This document shows, one piece after another, positions 9,589-19,193 of a stretch of 64,000 nt of DNA. A program made the translations under genes and the position numbers. The stretch's first letter is position 1. The number at the start of each line of letters is the position of its first letter. The stretch lies in the IMG/VR virus record IMGVR_UViG_3300005826_000037, positions 49,645 through 113,644 of that record; one strand, 5' to 3'. Under the pieces are notes generated by a model. That model was given only the letters and a program-made list of their open reading frames with translations, was not told where the DNA came from and made no database searches. This stretch comes from a virus.

Positions 9589-11598
9589 TTAAGGTAACAC
9601 AATAGTGTGCGTATGACCCAATACAATCGATACAACACCTGCAATAATTTGATGATTATGTCCTTGTGAAACATTTGTAGTTTGATTTATTTGAGAAATT
9701 GATGTAATACCTTCGTTTACAACAATCTCATGAGTATGTGGCAGGATATTTGAAGCAACACCAATACTTGTATTCAACTTTGAAGGAAACATACTAGTAT
9801 CGCTAAATATTCTTATTTGATAAGCTGGATCAAACTTTCTAATTCTTTGCGCCCTAAATTTTTGACCGCCTTGCTGCCCAATCATAGTATTATTTCTAGT
9901 TACAGATAATACTTCATACCTATACTCTTCATTTCCATTAAGGTCATATAATACTATAATATCCCTATCTTTTATAGTAGGAACTGTAAGTGTCCAAAAT
10001 TCTGTCTGAAACTCAGACTCCAAACCAGCTTCTGTCATTTTTACATCTTCTTCGGTTGGTCCAGGTCTTACCAAAATTCTACCATCAGATCTTCTTGGAT
10101 TAAAATATTGTTCATATCCAATGACAAATTTAGTACCATGACATAATGGGCATCTATCATCTGGATACTCACTAGACTCAAGATAACAAGAGCAAGTTAT
10201 TCCTGTTCTAGTTCTCTTAATAAGAACTGCTTGTTTACCAGTATTATCTAAAAGAACCTCTTGACGTTGATTATTATGATCTTGAACAGAGAATCCTCTA
10301 AGTACATTATAATTTCCATACTTATCAATACATCCCATTTCTCCACCAATATAACTTCCAACACATGTTCCATTTAATAATTGAACTGGATCTGTTCTAT
10401 GATATCCGGCATAATCATACCTTGGAAAATCTATATTTTCTTCATCACTCACACTTAAATCAGATGTTAATAAATCTTTTGTTACTTGATGATATCCGTC
10501 CGTCGCTGTGTATGGATAATTGGGATATTCAAATCTTGACTCACACAAAAATATATTGTCATATTTTGTATCCTCTCCCGATACAAAATAAATAACAGCA
10601 GGATTCCAATATAAATCACCATCATAGCCATCTGTATTATGTAATGTAGCAGTAGTTCCGCTATACCCTCTACCTCCAGCAATTGTTTCAGATCCATCAA
10701 CACCAATGATAAATGAATCCCCTTCAACAAATGGATATCCATCATATTCAACTATTGAAAAACTAAATATTCCATTGGATATGTTATAACCATCAGCTGT
10801 CCAAATATATGGGTCTGAATATCCATCCCTTACAGCGCCAACATAAGGGTTTGTATAACCATCTTTAACATATCCATCAGTAGGATAAACAACTCCAGAA
10901 TATGACCCAACAGATATAAACTTTGCAGTTGATTCTATTGGATTTCCATATCCATCTTTTTGAACAGAAATACATTGTATTTTCCATGTTTCTGTTATTG
11001 CGCTAAGATCTTCCAGAGTTAAATTAGCTAGATATCCATCACCAACATTTCCATATGAAGGAAGATAATTAGATCCTCCTTGATCTATAAAATGAGCGCT
11101 GATAAACGTATCACCAGGAACACCTAATGTATTAGCTATAGAATTTGTAGTTGTATAATGAATTAATTCTGCACCAATTCTTACAACTCCTTCATCAGGA
11201 AAATCAGTAACATCCATTAGTGGGATTATTAAATCAGTACTTGTTATATTGTTCGCTAATAAACTACTAGGAACAATTCTTAAATTATCGTAAGCAACCA
11301 ATAAATTTGTTAAATCGGTCACTGACTCATCATATTCCACAGCTCTAACGGAAAAGAAATACAATTGTCCTGGAGTTAAATCAATGATGTTTGCTTCTGT
11401 AGCACCATCAATAGATACATACTTAACACCCTCAGAAAATACATCTTCCTTAATTGTAGAATAATAAATATAATAGGCGATACTATTTGTAGATATTGTT
11501 GGGTACGCTTGGTGCCACTTCAAATTAATGGTATAGCCATCGCCCAAGCTGGTTAAAGCATCTAAACCGCCAATTATAGGTGATGGATAAAAAACCAT
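9589..11598 (-). CDS. Multidomain neck / head-closure-like protein (FN3-like + sheath-paralogous domain + Zn finger + His-rich tail)
   Basis: N-terminal LKWxxA..YYIYY..LTPGQLYFFSVRA (FN3-like); CSC..CPLC; C-terminal HTH/HNH/HTH tripeptides; 10 DGY. Confidence 0.55.
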   Translation of the reverse strand: MVFYPSPIIGGLDALTSLGDGYTINLKWHQAYPTISTNSIAYYIYYSTIKEDVFSEGVKYVSIDGATEANIIDLTPGQLYFFSVRAVEYDESVTDLTNLLVAYDNLRIVPSSLLANNITSTDLIIPLMDVTDFPDEGVVRIGAELIHYTTTNSIANTLGVPGDTFISAHFIDQGGSNYLPSYGNVGDGYLANLTLEDLSAITETWKIQCISVQKDGYGNPIESTAKFISVGSYSGVVYPTDGYVKDGYTNPYVGAVRDGYSDPYIWTADGYNISNGIFSFSIVEYDGYPFVEGDSFIIGVDGSETIAGGRGYSGTTATLHNTDGYDGDLYWNPAVIYFVSGEDTKYDNIFLCESRFEYPNYPYTATDGYHQVTKDLLTSDLSVSDEENIDFPRYDYAGYHRTDPVQLLNGTCVGSYIGGEMGCIDKYGNYNVLRGFSVQDHNNQRQEVLLDNTGKQAVLIKRTRTGITCSCYLESSEYPDDRCPLCHGTKFVIGYEQYFNPRRSDGRILVRPGPTEEDVKMTEAGLESEFQTEFWTLTVPTIKDRDIIVLYDLNGNEEYRYEVLSVTRNNTMIGQQGGQKFRAQRIRKFDPAYQIRIFSDTSMFPSKLNTSIGVASNILPHTHEIVVNEGITSISQINQTTNVSQGHNHQIIAGVVSIVLGHTHTIVLP

Positions 11599-12110
11599 TA
11601 GATCTTCTCCAACAAAATATTCTCAAGCTTGTCTTTCTCATTATCATCGTCAATATCATGATGATTTAACAAATGATCAACATATTTTTCTGCTTCATCT
11701 TCTCCAAAATGTTCAGATATATAGCTTATTTGATTCTGAAAGCCCTCTTGCTCAAAAGGGTTATCAAGATATTTTCCATAGTCTGAGCTTTGCGTTGGCT
11801 TGTCTCCAGATGTTTGTTGCAAATAATGAGTGATCTCATGTATTAAATATGAAGCATCTTTTAAATCCAAACCATCTTCAAGCAACTTATAATTAATATA
11901 TATAATTCCGTGGTCACATTTTGCACTAACATCCAAATCTTTAAAATACATCGGAATAAAATCAATCTCATTGAGATCTATATTATATTCTGAAAATATC
12001 TTTTGCATAACAGGATCTTTTTTTACAATCCCTTTTAACTTATTAATCAAAATAAGAAGTGCTTCTGGCGGCAAAGATTTAACATCTTCTATAGATATTT
12101 TTTTAGACAT
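11598..12110 (-). CDS. Zincin-like metalloprotein (HExxH)
   Basis: YLIHEITHYLQQ followed by PFEQEGF, a possible third Zn ligand; start may be 12110 or 12122. Confidence 0.6.
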   Translation of the reverse strand: MSKKISIEDVKSLPPEALLILINKLKGIVKKDPVMQKIFSEYNIDLNEIDFIPMYFKDLDVSAKCDHGIIYINYKLLEDGLDLKDASYLIHEITHYLQQTSGDKPTQSSDYGKYLDNPFEQEGFQNQISYISEHFGEDEAEKYVDHLLNHHDIDDDNEKDKLENILLEKI

Positions 12111-12169
12111 GATATTATGCATATCTTGTTATTAGATGTATCGGCTAAAACATTGCATGGAGTTAATAT

Positions 12170-13009
12170 ATGGGAATAAAATTTGAAAAAAAGATATATG
12201 ATGAATCATTCGAAAAAGAAGTGGTAAAAAAATATATAGAGGTACAATCAATCAAAAAAACATCATATGAATTCGAAATATCAACAAGGCAAATAACTAA
12301 TATTTTAGATAAACATAGTATTGCACACAATATAACCAGAAAAATACAAATGAATGAAGAATATTTTGATAAAAATGATGATGAGATTATTGGAAATGAT
12401 GTTATGTACTGGGCAGGATTCATTGCTGCTGATGGAAATGTTATGAATAATTCAAATACACGAAGTTATTTTTTAACAATAAAATTATCTAAAAAAGATA
12501 AAAACCATCTTGAACAGTTCAGAAAATGTATTCAAACAAATGCTACAATAAAAGACAAAACGCATCCTTCTAAATACTATTTAGACAGATATTGGAAAAA
12601 AACTTATTCTAGCACTATTGTTCTTAATTCAAAATACCTAGTTAACTCACTAACAAAATATAACATCATCCCTAATAAAACTAAAATATATGAATTCCCA
12701 CAAATACTAAAAGAACATAAATTTGTAAATTCTTTCATAAGAGGATATTTAGATGGTGATGGCAGTATTTCTTTTAAAAACGAATCATTAAGAATCAATT
12801 TTTATGGAACACAAAATTGCCTAACAAATATATCTGAAGTTATAACAAATGAATGTGGTATATCAATACACTCTCCTTTTAAAAATAGAACCATTTATAG
12901 TTTAGAATATAATAGTCAAGATGCTGTTTTATTAGCAAAATGGTTGTACAAAAAACAAAATATATATTTGGAAAGAAAATTCAAACTTATTGAAAACCTA
13001 ATAAAATAG
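12170..13009 (+). mobile_element. Free-standing LAGLIDADG homing endonuclease with N-terminal HTH
   Basis: YWAGFIAADG and FIRGYLDGDG motifs; antisense to the structural operon; K/N-rich. Confidence 0.9.
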
Positions 13010-13049
13010 TCATATTTGCACATACAATAGCAAGTCAAGGAGAATAACT

Positions 13050-13622
13050 ATGGCTCTTTTAGGTATAAAAGTTCCTCAATCAATAGCTAGAACATTAAGA
13101 CAAATAGATGCCCCTGGTAAAAAAGAGGACTCTTCCGATTTTCATATCACATTATTAATATTCAATGAAGATATTAGTATATCTGAGGTTGCGAAATCAG
13201 TAGAAGCTATTGGTAATGCAATAAAAGATGTAAATCCTTTCAAATTGAAACTAAACAAAGTTTCATGTTTTCCAAAGCGTGGAGATAATCCTGTTCCTAT
13301 AATTATGCCTATTGAGTCCGAAGATCTTCAAGAATTACGATCTAAAGTAAAAAAAGCTCTTAAAAAACATAAAGTTGAGTTTAATGATACATTCAAAGAA
13401 TACAGACCTCACATTACATTATCATATGATGAAAATGAAGTAAAAGACTTTAAAGTCGATAAAGAGGAATTTATGGTGGATGAAATTGTGTTGTGGTCAG
13501 GAAATGAAGGTTTAAATGAAAAGGAATTATTTGTGACTTTCCCTCTTAGTAGCAAAAAGAAAAAGAATTCTGCATTACTAAGACGTATTGAATATTTCTA
13601 TAAAATGGCTGTGCATTTATAA
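13050..13622 (+). CDS. 2H phosphoesterase (LigT/ThpR / 2',3'-cyclic phosphodiesterase family)
   Basis: Two HxT motifs, FHITL and PHITL; AAGGAG RBS. Confidence 0.85.
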   Translation: MALLGIKVPQSIARTLRQIDAPGKKEDSSDFHITLLIFNEDISISEVAKSVEAIGNAIKDVNPFKLKLNKVSCFPKRGDNPVPIIMPIESEDLQELRSKVKKALKKHKVEFNDTFKEYRPHITLSYDENEVKDFKVDKEEFMVDEIVLWSGNEGLNEKELFVTFPLSSKKKKNSALLRRIEYFYKMAVHL

Positions 13623-13671
13623 AAGACCCAACTGCGTCAACTATTAAGAACACTCGTAAGTGCTTGTTTTC

Positions 13672-14571
13672 TCATATCAAACGCCTAGCGCGAAGGTGGC
13701 GAAGGCGTTTGAAGGCTGGATTTATTGCTGAATTCATTGAGAAAACGCCTAGTCCTCTTGGAGTAGGTCTAAGAGAATTCTTGATATACTTTAATTTTTC
13801 CCAATAGTGTGTTAACAATGCAGAATATTGAGTCATCATTAACTCAGAAACAGTTGGAGGATTAAAATTCAATCCATTATCTGTGAACTGAAATTCACGA
13901 CCACGTTCAATAAGTGCTTTTGATGCTAATGCATAAAGAGTTGCGCCTTCAACAAGAATTTCACCAAATTGTTCAACAAAGTTATTATCATCAAATTCAA
14001 AAAATGTGAAGTAAGGAACCTGATTAAAATCCCATAAAGCTGTTGCAATAAAAGTAACAAGTATATCATAAGAGAAAATATCACAATCTACATATACAAC
14101 ATTTCCATAAGCATCTGCTGATTTGGCTTTACCAGAGCTATTAAGTCTCGCTCTCAATGATTTTACAAGCTTATTTATATTAGTTGTTGCTTCTTGAGAG
14201 TATTGAAATCCTGGATCATCACCAAGAGCCGTATATCCGTCCGTATTGGGATGTGGGATTTGCGTATAATTTATAATAAATTCAAATTGTGTTTCAACAC
14301 GGAACCCATTGATATACGCGATCCAAATATCATGCCAAACACCATATGAGGCATTAATTGGGGCAGTAAAAATATAACTATATAATCCAACTCCGGATCT
14401 AGATACTCCAACACTTGTTGGAGACATAAATACAGAACCACTTGGCTGAACTATAGATATTTGTGGATATGAGTCTGCATCTACTAGATTACCAGAATGG
14501 TCTTTAAACTGAACAATTAAATTAACTTGATCAGTGGCTTCAATAAGCTCACCGCGTGCTTTTATAACCAT
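13672..14571 (-). CDS. Putative head-tail adaptor / neck protein with N-terminal Ig-like domain
   Basis: Beta-rich N-terminal half (GLYSYIF..GVWHDIW), helical C-terminal half; AGGAG RBS; 1 DGY. Confidence 0.5.
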   Translation of the reverse strand: MVIKARGELIEATDQVNLIVQFKDHSGNLVDADSYPQISIVQPSGSVFMSPTSVGVSRSGVGLYSYIFTAPINASYGVWHDIWIAYINGFRVETQFEFIINYTQIPHPNTDGYTALGDDPGFQYSQEATTNINKLVKSLRARLNSSGKAKSADAYGNVVYVDCDIFSYDILVTFIATALWDFNQVPYFTFFEFDDNNFVEQFGEILVEGATLYALASKALIERGREFQFTDNGLNFNPPTVSELMMTQYSALLTHYWEKLKYIKNSLRPTPRGLGVFSMNSAINPAFKRLRHLRARRLI

Positions 14572-14611
14572 GGATCATCTCCTAATATACCAATAGTCAG
14601 GCATATTAAAT

Positions 14612-15442
14612 ATGAAAAACAGACTTGAAACAAAACTAACTAAAACAATACTAGAATATGAATATAATAGATTAGGAAGTATGCAGAAGGTTGCTGACTA
14701 TCTTCAAGTATCAATAGACAGTATTTATAAATATATGAAATTATATGAAATACCATATAATAAACATTACCAAGGAATATATGTTTGTAATGAAAATTAT
14801 TTTAAAAATGATACTGAGGGATCTTTTTATTGGGCTGGATTTATAGCTGCAGATGGTTCGGTACAAAAAAGAAAATACTCTAAAATATTAAAAATAGCGT
14901 TATCACAAAATGACCATCAACACATTGAATTGTTTAAAAAATCAATCGAAAGTACACATCCTATAAAAACACATGAAGTAAAACCAAGTAAATTAGTAAA
15001 AACAAAAAACATGTGTTCTGAAATACAAATTGCAAATAATAATATCTATAATGATCTAAATCGATTTAATATAATTCCTAATAAGACAAAAGTATATACA
15101 TTTCCAGAATGGTTAATAGATCATGAATTAGTAAATCATTTTATGAGAGGATATTTTGATGGTGATGGTACTATAACTAACTGCGGTTTAGGAAAAAATA
15201 GATCTGTTATACAAAAATCATTTTCAATATTAGGGACAAAACAATTTATAGAGCAGTATATGAATACACTTATTTCCAAAACATTACTAAATGAAGTAAA
15301 AATATCACCACATTATTCTGTATTTAAATTATCTTATTCTGGAAATAACAACATCAAAACTATATATAATTTTTTATATAAAAACGCAACAATATATTTA
15401 TATAGGAAACATAATAAATTTCAAGATGATATTACTGAGTAA
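14612..15442 (+). mobile_element. Free-standing LAGLIDADG homing endonuclease
   Basis: YWAGFIAADG and FMRGYFDGDG; paralog of 12170-13009. Confidence 0.9.
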
Positions 15443-15783
15443 ATACCATATGGTGCAGTTACTTGTAATATCACCGATTCTATTTTAAGCCTTCCAAAAT
15501 CGTCTCTATATCGAATATCAACATAATAAGATCCAACAGCAGACGCTCCAGTAGGAATACTTACATCTCCATAGAATATTCCAAGATCAAATTTTGTCAT
15601 TGGAGATGGATAACCATCCATCAATGTAAGATTTGGCTTAATCACTCTATGAATAACCGGGACAGAATACCCGTCTATAGGATATCCATCATAATAACCA
15701 TCAGTATAATATCCATCCGTATCTAACACAGAAAGATAGATAGTTGCGACTTGACCTGGAGAATATGTTAGAAGCTGTGACAT
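15421..15783 (-). CDS. Small Ig-like virion protein with a tandem DGY array
   Basis: Likely start MSQLL at 15783; DTDGYYTDGYYDGYPIDGYS plus MDGYP; resembles the Ig-like N-terminus of 13672-14571. Confidence 0.6.
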   Translation of the reverse strand: MSQLLTYSPGQVATIYLSVLDTDGYYTDGYYDGYPIDGYSVPVIHRVIKPNLTLMDGYPSPMTKFDLGIFYGDVSIPTGASAVGSYYVDIRYRDDFGRLKIESVILQVTAPYGIYSVISS

Positions 15784-15848
15784 TGCAAAAAATATATCAT
15801 TATATGCATTCATACTAAATATGAAACATGATAAATAGGGAGAGTAAT

Positions 15849-16268
15849 ATGAAACCTTGCAGAGAAAAACCAAAAGAGCCAGAATTTTGGATAACTAATA
15901 TATCCACTAACAATATCAGTCTTTCAGATTTAAACATTACACTTAATTCTTATACATCAGTTAATTTGTTGGATAAACGGCATCAATATCTAACAATCGA
16001 AGAGATAAGAAATTCTCTTAATCGTGGAGCTTTATCAAAATACATAAAGATGAGAAAGATTGTAATAAGACACAATGCCCCAGTTATCTTTAAAAACGAG
16101 ATAAAGGTAGATAAAAATGCAATAATTCCTAATCGCCATACTTCAATATTTGAAATCGAGTATAGGAATTATGAAGAGTTAGATATAACTGACGAGGAAT
16201 TTGCTGCAGAAAATGCAGAAACGGCTGAGATAGATACTCTGCCATTGTTTAAGAAGGAAGAAGACTAA
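15849..16268 (+). CDS. Hypothetical protein, related to the N-terminal domain of 27953-28576
   Basis: GGGAG RBS; FWITNI..EEIRNSLNRGAL versus FIVRNI..QDIRASLLKGEL. Confidence 0.55.
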   Translation: MKPCREKPKEPEFWITNISTNNISLSDLNITLNSYTSVNLLDKRHQYLTIEEIRNSLNRGALSKYIKMRKIVIRHNAPVIFKNEIKVDKNAIIPNRHTSIFEIEYRNYEELDITDEEFAAENAETAEIDTLPLFKKEED

Positions 16269-16270
16269 TT

Positions 16271-16504
16271 TCAGTTACTTAATACAACAACCTCAACAGC
16301 CTTTGGATCGCCATGTTTATTCACACCAAGGGAGAAGGAAACCTTTTGCCCTTTATATAGCGTTTTAAATCCTTCACATGAGATATCAGAAAAATGAACA
16401 AATAAATCTTTTTGCTTCACACCATCCTTTATCCAATCAATAAAGCCATAACCCCTCTTAGGGTCAAACCAAATAACTTCACCATGCAATGTTTTAGTTG
16501 TCAT
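16271..16504 (-). CDS. csp: Cold-shock domain protein (CspA family)
   Basis: GEVIWFDPKRGYGFI, DLFVHFSDI, GFKTLYKGQKVSF (RNP1/RNP2 motifs). Confidence 0.93.
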   Translation of the reverse strand: MTTKTLHGEVIWFDPKRGYGFIDWIKDGVKQKDLFVHFSDISCEGFKTLYKGQKVSFSLGVNKHGDPKAVEVVVLSN

Positions 16505-16514
16505 ATTTAATTCC

Positions 16515-16790
16515 TTAATCATCTTTCGCTACGAGCTGATTATCAACGTATAATTCTCCCCCGCCACCTAAAAGTCTATACATTTCATAACAGCCTAATT
16601 TGGCGATATCAGCTCGCTCTTTCTCGTTTGTACAATTACGAAGCAATTTATCATATTTTTCTAATAAAAGCCTCATCTCCATCTCACACCCTACCAATCT
16701 GGCGTGTCTCAGAAGTCTTTTACGCGTCTCATTCTCATCCAATACCTTATTGCTTAAATTTGCCGGATTGGTTAAATCTATTTTATCCAT
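16515..16790 (-). CDS. Hypothetical protein
   Basis: 91-aa ORF with GGAG RBS, in operon. Confidence 0.6.
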   Translation of the reverse strand: MDKIDLTNPANLSNKVLDENETRKRLLRHARLVGCEMEMRLLLEKYDKLLRNCTNEKERADIAKLGCYEMYRLLGGGGELYVDNQLVAKDD

Positions 16791-16794
16791 ATTC

Positions 16795-17178
16795 TTACTC
16801 CATTGAAATCTTATATGATTTTGGTTTTGTCTGAACTAACGGCTCATCAATGCCTTCAATATTTCTTACTCCATCCAATTCATATACTAATGTTCTTCCA
16901 TTCGGCAATTTAGTAGAAGGGAAAATACCAATAATTTTAAGCCTTCCACTATGCACTAAAGCATGACAATTTGCACATAGAATTGCTAAATTGTCAGAGT
17001 GATTTGACGTGTTTAATTCCGTTCTCTCTATAATATGATGGAAGTGTAGTAGATTGGGGTCTGTAATCAGACAACTTTCTATCTCACATTTATTTTTGAT
17101 TAACTTCTTCTTCATATTCACATATATATCCGCCTGTTTAAACGACGCATACAGTGCGTAATTATCCATGATCATCAA
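16795..17178 (-). CDS. HNH endonuclease domain protein
   Basis: CEIESC..HFHHI..NHSDNLAILCANCHALVH. Confidence 0.8.
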   Translation of the reverse strand: MMIMDNYALYASFKQADIYVNMKKKLIKNKCEIESCLITDPNLLHFHHIIERTELNTSNHSDNLAILCANCHALVHSGRLKIIGIFPSTKLPNGRTLVYELDGVRNIEGIDEPLVQTKPKSYKISME

Positions 17179-17184
17179 AAATAA

Positions 17185-17472
17185 TTATTTCTTTAAGACA
17201 TAAATGTCACAAAAATTTGTTTGTTTTTTAGAATCAAACCTGCCACTTATATCAAAAACAACCTTAAAAGTAATCATGACATAATTTGTTCCTGTAGAAA
17301 TAGACCATCTTTCAAAGATATCTCTTATATTACTTATAGAGTCTCTATCAAACCTATTGTCTACACATATAGTTTTATATATTTGAGCGTTATACGGACT
17401 ATTAAGATCAAATAATTGATTGCACCCACTCATAATAAATACAATCAAAAAATATACATAAAAACTTCTCAT
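17185..17472 (-). CDS. Small putative lipoprotein (possibly truncated)
   Basis: MRSFYVYFLIVFIMSG-C signal with a lipobox-like Cys. Confidence 0.4.
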   Translation of the reverse strand: MRSFYVYFLIVFIMSGCNQLFDLNSPYNAQIYKTICVDNRFDRDSISNIRDIFERWSISTGTNYVMITFKVVFDISGRFDSKKQTNFCDIYVLKK

Positions 17473-17476
17473 ACGC

Positions 17477-17785
17477 TTAGCGTATTGCCCATGCCTCAAT
17501 TCTTACAACACCAGACCCTCTAAACCATATTTTTGATATAACCCTATTCTCAAATACTAAACTTTGACTAGCTTGACCAGAAGTCATATCTCCATGAAGA
17601 GTAATACCGTTAAATGAATATTCTAATGGTCCTCCACTCTCAAGATCAAATGTAATAGTATATGTCATAAATGGAATTAATACCTGACATTCAGATGGGA
17701 AATAACCATCAGTAACATTTACTGTTAATTTATTGAAGTAATTGAAGTCTCTACCGTAATCTATTGGTCCGTATGGTGTGCCCAT
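17477..17785 (-). CDS. Small jelly-roll-like virion protein, paralog of 18840-19172
   Basis: EYSFNG..HGD..LVFENRVISKIWFR shared with the paralog; 1 DGY; AGGAG RBS. Confidence 0.65.
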   Translation of the reverse strand: MGTPYGPIDYGRDFNYFNKLTVNVTDGYFPSECQVLIPFMTYTITFDLESGGPLEYSFNGITLHGDMTSGQASQSLVFENRVISKIWFRGSGVVRIEAWAIR

Positions 17786-17848
17786 GATTTTTCTCCTATT
17801 TTTATATCATAATATTATCATTGCTATTATATTGCACACCGCATTAAA

Positions 17849-18838
17849 TTAAGGTATTTCTTTTTCACTACCTAATTGAATTTTTTGATAATGAAGATCT
17901 GTAGTCAGTATAGCTACATTTGCGGCAGGTGTTCCATATGTTTTACTTGTATTAAATGTATCCGATGGACTTGTGCCATATCTTCTAAAATATATAATAA
18001 TTGAAGTTGATTCCCTTGCCCAAGAAGGAGGGGTAATACTACCTAATGAAAGTATTTTTTGAGTATTTATATCACCGGGATTAACTGCAAAAGAACCACT
18101 AAAATATGTCCAACCAGACATTGCAGGAAGTGCATTTACATTATTAGGGCGAGTCCACGCATAATACCCTTCAATATAAATATATTCAGTTGAAACAGGA
18201 TCTGCTCCGATCATTACATGTATATGAGGTCTAACTGCAGTATCATATTTCCATTGATGAGATGTTTGATAAACAAAATTAAGCTCATCATTTTGATCAT
18301 GACGCAACCAATACATCTGAAAAGGAGTGTCTCTCCATACTTCTTTTGTTAATGCCGACACCCCAGTTCCTTGTTCTACTGGTCCTTGAATATCATCCCA
18401 ACGACCAGCTTGCTTTGCCACCCAATAACCATCTGTAGCTGCAACAACACATAATCCATCAATAGTATGAGTATTTGCTTTTTCTAAAATATAAAAATCT
18501 TCTAACTCATTAACATAAATAGATGTTCCATCAGGAAGCCCAGTAGTATTAATTCCGCCTAAATCTGATAATAATGTGACCGGAGCTAATGAACTTAAAT
18601 AACCATCAATTCCATCCAATTTCGCTTTATCACTACCAGAAATAAATCCGGCACTAACATTAGAAATTGCTAATGAATGAAGATCTCCTCCAGATAAATT
18701 ACCATGCTCATGGATATGGTCTGCCCTGCTAGCAGCATTATCTGTGCCAGCATGAACAGTTCCTAAAGGTTCCGGTGGATCATTACTTAGAGGTCCATAA
18801 CCATCACCACCAGATATTTGATAAATAAATCCACTCAT
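17849..18838 (-). CDS. Fibre/appendage-like virion protein
   Basis: ASRADHIHEH and GFISGSDKAKLDGI fibre-type motifs; beta-sandwich C-terminus; 3 DGY. Confidence 0.55.
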   Translation of the reverse strand: MSGFIYQISGGDGYGPLSNDPPEPLGTVHAGTDNAASRADHIHEHGNLSGGDLHSLAISNVSAGFISGSDKAKLDGIDGYLSSLAPVTLLSDLGGINTTGLPDGTSIYVNELEDFYILEKANTHTIDGLCVVAATDGYWVAKQAGRWDDIQGPVEQGTGVSALTKEVWRDTPFQMYWLRHDQNDELNFVYQTSHQWKYDTAVRPHIHVMIGADPVSTEYIYIEGYYAWTRPNNVNALPAMSGWTYFSGSFAVNPGDINTQKILSLGSITPPSWARESTSIIIYFRRYGTSPSDTFNTSKTYGTPAANVAILTTDLHYQKIQLGSEKEIP

Positions 18839-18839
18839 T

Positions 18840-19172
18840 TTAACCCCAAGCTTGAATTGAAACTCTTATTGGTCCAGTACTTCCAGTTTTAACTCTAAAC
18901 CAAATCAATGAAACAACTCTATTATCAAAAACAAGACCCTTTGTAACAGTGCTGGAGTCTAACTCGCCGTGAACTCCATATCCAGTAAAAGAATATTCTA
19001 CTACACCAGTTCCTTCATTAATAAACATTATACCACGAGTTGTAAAAGGAATTACTATATCAGGTCCATATCCATCTGATGCTCCTCCACCAAATGTACT
19101 CCAATTAACTTCTACTTTCTCAAAAAAATCATATTCTTTGCCAGTCTTTTTTCTAATACCCGGATAACCCAT
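18840..19172 (-). CDS. Small jelly-roll-like virion protein, paralog of 17477-17785
   Basis: EYSFTG..HGE..LVFDNRVVSLIWFR; 1 DGY. Confidence 0.65.
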   Translation of the reverse strand: MGYPGIRKKTGKEYDFFEKVEVNWSTFGGGASDGYGPDIVIPFTTRGIMFINEGTGVVEYSFTGYGVHGELDSSTVTKGLVFDNRVVSLIWFRVKTGSTGPIRVSIQAWG

Positions 19173-19193
19173 TTTTTTTACCTCTCACACCAA

